NCBI GenBank assembly: GCA_034718535.1
Contig: JAYEMX010000064.1
Location: 4,328 to 68,327 of the forward strand
Reading direction: 5' to 3'
Length of the DNA stretch: 64,000 bases
From: Patescibacteria group bacterium
GTDB lineage: Bacteria > Patescibacteriota > Microgenomatia > UBA1400 > CG1-02-47-37
The position numbers and the translations under genes are program-made. Below, piece after piece: positions 60,905 to 64,000 of the stretch. How positions within the stretch are numbered: the first letter of the stretch is position 1; the number at the start of each line of letters is the position of its first letter. The notes beneath the pieces are model-generated. The model worked only from the letters and a program-made list of their open reading frames with translations. It had not been told where the DNA came from and did not search any database.

Positions 60905-62239
60905 ATGAAAATGCCAGGATCAAAATTTCATTTTCCAACTGCATTGGGCTTGTTTATATTACTGGTGGCAGTCGGGGTGGGTTTATTTTTAGTTAAAACA
61001 AAAACCGGAGTTAAAATTGGAACAGATGAAAGCTTTATTCCCAAACAAGTAAGAATTACTAATGTAAATGAAACAGGGTTTACTGTTTCTTGGTTAACCA
61101 ATGGCTCAATAAATGGATTGGTAAAATATGGTTCTGAATCTAATTCAATTAAACAAAGTGCTTTAGATGATCGAGATCAGATGACAGGAGAGTCAGGCAA
61201 GTTTGAAGTTCATTATGTAACGGTTAAAAATTTAAGTCCAAGTACTAATTACTTTTTTAAATTAGAATCCGGTAAAAAGCAATTTGATAATAATGGCAAA
61301 CCTTTTGAGATAGTTACCGGAGCAGTTCTTGGAACTCCACCGGCGGCCGATCCGGTTTATGGAACAATTTTATCTAGTTCGGGTTCGGGAGCTGAAGGAG
61401 TAATTGTTTATCTTAATATGCCTAATGCAGCTCCAATGTCTGCTTTGGCTAAAACTAATGGTAATTGGGCTTTATCTTTATCTATGGCAAGAACTTCGGA
61501 TTTAGGTAGTTATTTGGTTTACGATACCCAAGCCACAATGATTAATATTTTGGTTCAAGGTGGAAGTGTGGGTAATTCACCAGTAATTACCACTACCAGC
61601 AATGATAGTCCGGTGCCAGACATTACTTTAGGAAAATCTCATGATTTTAGAGATGTGGTAGATGAAAGTATAAATAATTTAGATGCTTCGACAGATGTTG
61701 ATAGTGAGCCCAGCAATAGTGGTTTTGATTTAGCTCCGGTAGCTAGTGGTAGTGCAATGATTACAGAGTCTGGTGAAATAACTTTGGATAATCCAAGCTT
61801 TGAGGGTGAAATAATTAATGCCACTCAACCGGCTTTTATTGGAACCGGATTGCCGGGAACTGTTTTGTCGATAACTGTAAATTCTCAAAATGCTTATACC
61901 GGCTCTACTACTATTGATGAAGATGGTTCGTGGGAGTTTATTCCTTCCGAAGGACTAGAACCCGGAGAGCATGAGGTAACTGTAAATTATATTGATAGTG
62001 AAGGAGATGAAAAAACTTTGACTAGATCATTTTTGATTGCGGCGGCGGGAGAATCTGAAGTACCGGCAATTACGGCAACTGAGTCCGGAAGTGTGGGGTC
62101 GACTTTATCGGGAAGAACAGAACTACCATCAACTGAATCCGGAGTGCCTGATCCGGGGACGTGGGAGGTAACTTTAATGATGTTATTAACTGGCGTTGGT
62201 TTGGTTTTTGGTGGCGTAATTATTAAAAATAGGATATAA
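60905..62239 (+). CDS. Surface protein with an N-terminal signal-anchor, an FN3 (purple-acid-phosphatase N-type) domain and a C-terminal LPSTE + TM + KNRI sorting-signal-like tail
   Basis: ITNVNETGFTVSWLTNG...HYVTVKNLSPSTNYFFKL FN3 pattern; C-terminal ELPSTESG...hydrophobic...KNRI. Confidence 0.45.
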   Translation: MKMPGSKFHFPTALGLFILLVAVGVGLFLVKTKTGVKIGTDESFIPKQVRITNVNETGFTVSWLTNGSINGLVKYGSESNSIKQSALDDRDQMTGESGKFEVHYVTVKNLSPSTNYFFKLESGKKQFDNNGKPFEIVTGAVLGTPPAADPVYGTILSSSGSGAEGVIVYLNMPNAAPMSALAKTNGNWALSLSMARTSDLGSYLVYDTQATMINILVQGGSVGNSPVITTTSNDSPVPDITLGKSHDFRDVVDESINNLDASTDVDSEPSNSGFDLAPVASGSAMITESGEITLDNPSFEGEIINATQPAFIGTGLPGTVLSITVNSQNAYTGSTTIDEDGSWEFIPSEGLEPGEHEVTVNYIDSEGDEKTLTRSFLIAAAGESEVPAITATESGSVGSTLSGRTELPSTESGVPDPGTWEVTLMMLLTGVGLVFGGVIIKNRI

Positions 62240-62247
62240 CTATTTAT

Positions 62248-63702
62248 ATGGATAATGCCCTGCCGACCGGAACCAATAATAATAAGCAAACCGATGATAC
62301 CCAAAATAAAGTTGATATTGCACCGGCTTCTCCTCCACCTGCACCACCACCTTTAGTTGAGCCGGAAAAACCAGAAGAAATTAAGGGTCCAAATCAAGTA
62401 AAAAAAATTGGGAAAAAGATTAAAAAAAATGGGTTAAAAATAGCCGGCGGTTTAATGATGTTTTTATTAGTGGCTGGAGGATTATTTGTTGGTAGAAATA
62501 TAGTTCAAGAAAGACAGGTGATAGAAAAAGAGGCATATGATCCAGGAGCAAGACGTAGATGTTCTGATATATCTGACATTGATGATTGTGGTAATTTTTG
62601 TCATATAGTTGACGGATATGGGTGTAAAAAAATTAATGGAGAATGTAAGGCCTTTTTAGAACCAGCTTGTAAGAAAACACGAGATAATAGTTGTACAGAT
62701 GAGGATTATACAAATAATACTTGTTGTAACAGCTTTTCGAGTGGTAAATGTGATGGTATTTCTGAAGGAAAACGAGGAGATTGCCCGTCAGGACAAGTTT
62801 GTAAGGCTTATGACCATAAATATGGTAATCCTACTTGTTCTTGTGCAAGCGGTATTCCGCCAGGTATGGATTGTGGATCTAAACCAGATCCATTGCCTGA
62901 GTTTGAAGAAACAGGAAGTATAGGCCCTTTTCCAAGAACTGGGAAATTGGTTGTATATCTTTATGGTGAAAACGGTTTAGGAGATGGTAAGTCTGGTTAT
63001 GCTAGTGGTGTAGAAAAACTTAGATTTGATTATAATGGTGAAGTTACAGATGTTGAATTAAATGGTAGTTCAAAAGAAAAAGTGGTAACAGATATTGTAG
63101 TGCAACAAGGTGATTCTATAATTATTACAGATACTTTTGAGCATGATCAAAAAGCCGGGTGTGCCCCTGATCATAGTTTACCTCATCAAGGAATAGGTTG
63201 GATGCCTATTAATTCAGACAATACTTGTGGGACGGGATTACCAGGACCTCCACAAGGTGGAGTTCAAACTCCTTTTGATACCCCAAGTATACTAGCTGGA
63301 ATAGAATGGGCCGAGAGTCTTGGCAATGAATTATTGGCTAAACAATGTTGGGCAGACTGGAGAGAGTGGCCGGGAGATTATGATTTTGAGGACTATTTTT
63401 TAATGTTTTCTTATGAACCGGCTGATGGTCCAGATAATCCATATTGCGAGGATTTAACTTATTCGGGAAATGAAGATTTTGGTGAAGAGCTTAGCTTTAC
63501 TTGCGTTGGTAGTGGAGATTATTATCGTTTTAGGTATATGATTAATGGTGGCTCCCCCATTCTTATTAATCAAGACAATGTTAATGGCAACACCACTAGT
63601 ATAAATTTAAATGAATATGGTGATTGGTTAGTTCAATGTAAGGTTTGTAATTCTAGTAATGTTTGTACTGTTTGGGGTGAGGCAAATGAAATAGCAAATT
63701 AA
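62248..63702 (+). CDS. Cysteine-rich (>30 Cys) type-II membrane-anchored extracytoplasmic protein with a Pro-rich cytoplasmic N-terminus; unknown function
   Basis: TM IAGGLMMFLLVAGGLFVG; dense Cys spacing (CGNFCH, CCNS, CSCASG). Confidence 0.4.
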   Translation: MDNALPTGTNNNKQTDDTQNKVDIAPASPPPAPPPLVEPEKPEEIKGPNQVKKIGKKIKKNGLKIAGGLMMFLLVAGGLFVGRNIVQERQVIEKEAYDPGARRRCSDISDIDDCGNFCHIVDGYGCKKINGECKAFLEPACKKTRDNSCTDEDYTNNTCCNSFSSGKCDGISEGKRGDCPSGQVCKAYDHKYGNPTCSCASGIPPGMDCGSKPDPLPEFEETGSIGPFPRTGKLVVYLYGENGLGDGKSGYASGVEKLRFDYNGEVTDVELNGSSKEKVVTDIVVQQGDSIIITDTFEHDQKAGCAPDHSLPHQGIGWMPINSDNTCGTGLPGPPQGGVQTPFDTPSILAGIEWAESLGNELLAKQCWADWREWPGDYDFEDYFLMFSYEPADGPDNPYCEDLTYSGNEDFGEELSFTCVGSGDYYRFRYMINGGSPILINQDNVNGNTTSINLNEYGDWLVQCKVCNSSNVCTVWGEANEIAN

Positions 63703-63705
63703 TTA

Positions 63706-64000
63706 TGATAAATAATACACAAAATAATTCTAAAGTTAGTTCAACCCCAATTACTCCCATTTCCCCTATTAATCCCAAAGTTGATAAAGGTGAGAAAAAA
63801 TGGCTATTGTGGGGATTAGTTGGATTTACCGGAATCTTATTGATTACTGCTATTATCTTATTTATTCAACTTAAAAAACCAGTTAAACCAGAAACTCCAA
63901 CAATAAAAGAAACAAGAACAGGGGAGAGTTGTGAAACGGGTGGATTTACTGATGATTTTTCAAATATTGATCTTTCTAAGTGGAGACCTGGAGGTGAGGG
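63706..64000 (+). CDS. Membrane-anchored protein, 5' partial (runs off the window); downstream domain start resembles ConA-like lectin/GH16 N-termini
   Basis: TM LLWGLVGFTGILLITAIILFI; motif FTDDFSNIDLSKW. Confidence 0.3.

Noticed and set aside
1-64000. CRISPR array, rRNA or tRNA genes
   Set aside because: The dispersed palindromes are not spacer-interspersed direct repeats, and no cloverleaf or rRNA-like segments were recognised in intergenic regions by eye. A covariance-model scan would be needed to fully exclude tRNAs.
1-64000. Alternative genetic code (UGA sense, as in some CPR lineages)
   Set aside because: Conserved genes terminate at TGA (map, RAYT-1) and all universal proteins are full length under code 11.

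Overview
AT-rich bacterial segment with the gene content and architecture of a Candidate Phyla Radiation (Patescibacteria-like) genome. Standard genetic code: TGA is used as a stop (map, RAYT-1). Bases 476-28620 are one minus-strand supercluster, rpoB-rpoC-rpsL-rpsG-fusA-tuf followed by the S10, spc and alpha ribosomal operons: rpsJ, rplCDWB, rpsS, rplV, rpsC, rplP, rpmC, rpsQ, rplNXE, rpsN, rpsH, rplFR, rpsE, rplO, secY, adk, map, infA, rpmJ, rpsMKD, rpoA, rplQ, rplM, rpsI. L30 (rpmD) is absent between rpsE and rplO. Downstream lie mltG, ruvX/yqgF, a sortase, a large FtsA/PilM-like membrane protein, a short alaS, two RAYT-type HUH transposases each with its own REP palindrome family, rodZ-like, ftsK, rnj, a Lon-family AAA+ ATPase without a protease domain, pnp, rpsO, a short infB, nusA, the hrcA-grpE-dnaK-dnaJ operon with a CIRCE-like operator, lepA, murJ and rpsT. 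The 3' end holds a pilN-pilO cluster followed by predicted surface proteins (FN3-domain, Cys-rich and ConA/GH16-like). The most unusual content is three families of short palindromic repeats: REP-1, REP-2 and a GGTTCGGAAC-core 48-mer. They sit between, at the 3' ends of, and inside genes, including ribosomal-protein cistrons and both RAYT coding sequences. No rRNA, tRNA or CRISPR array was recognised.
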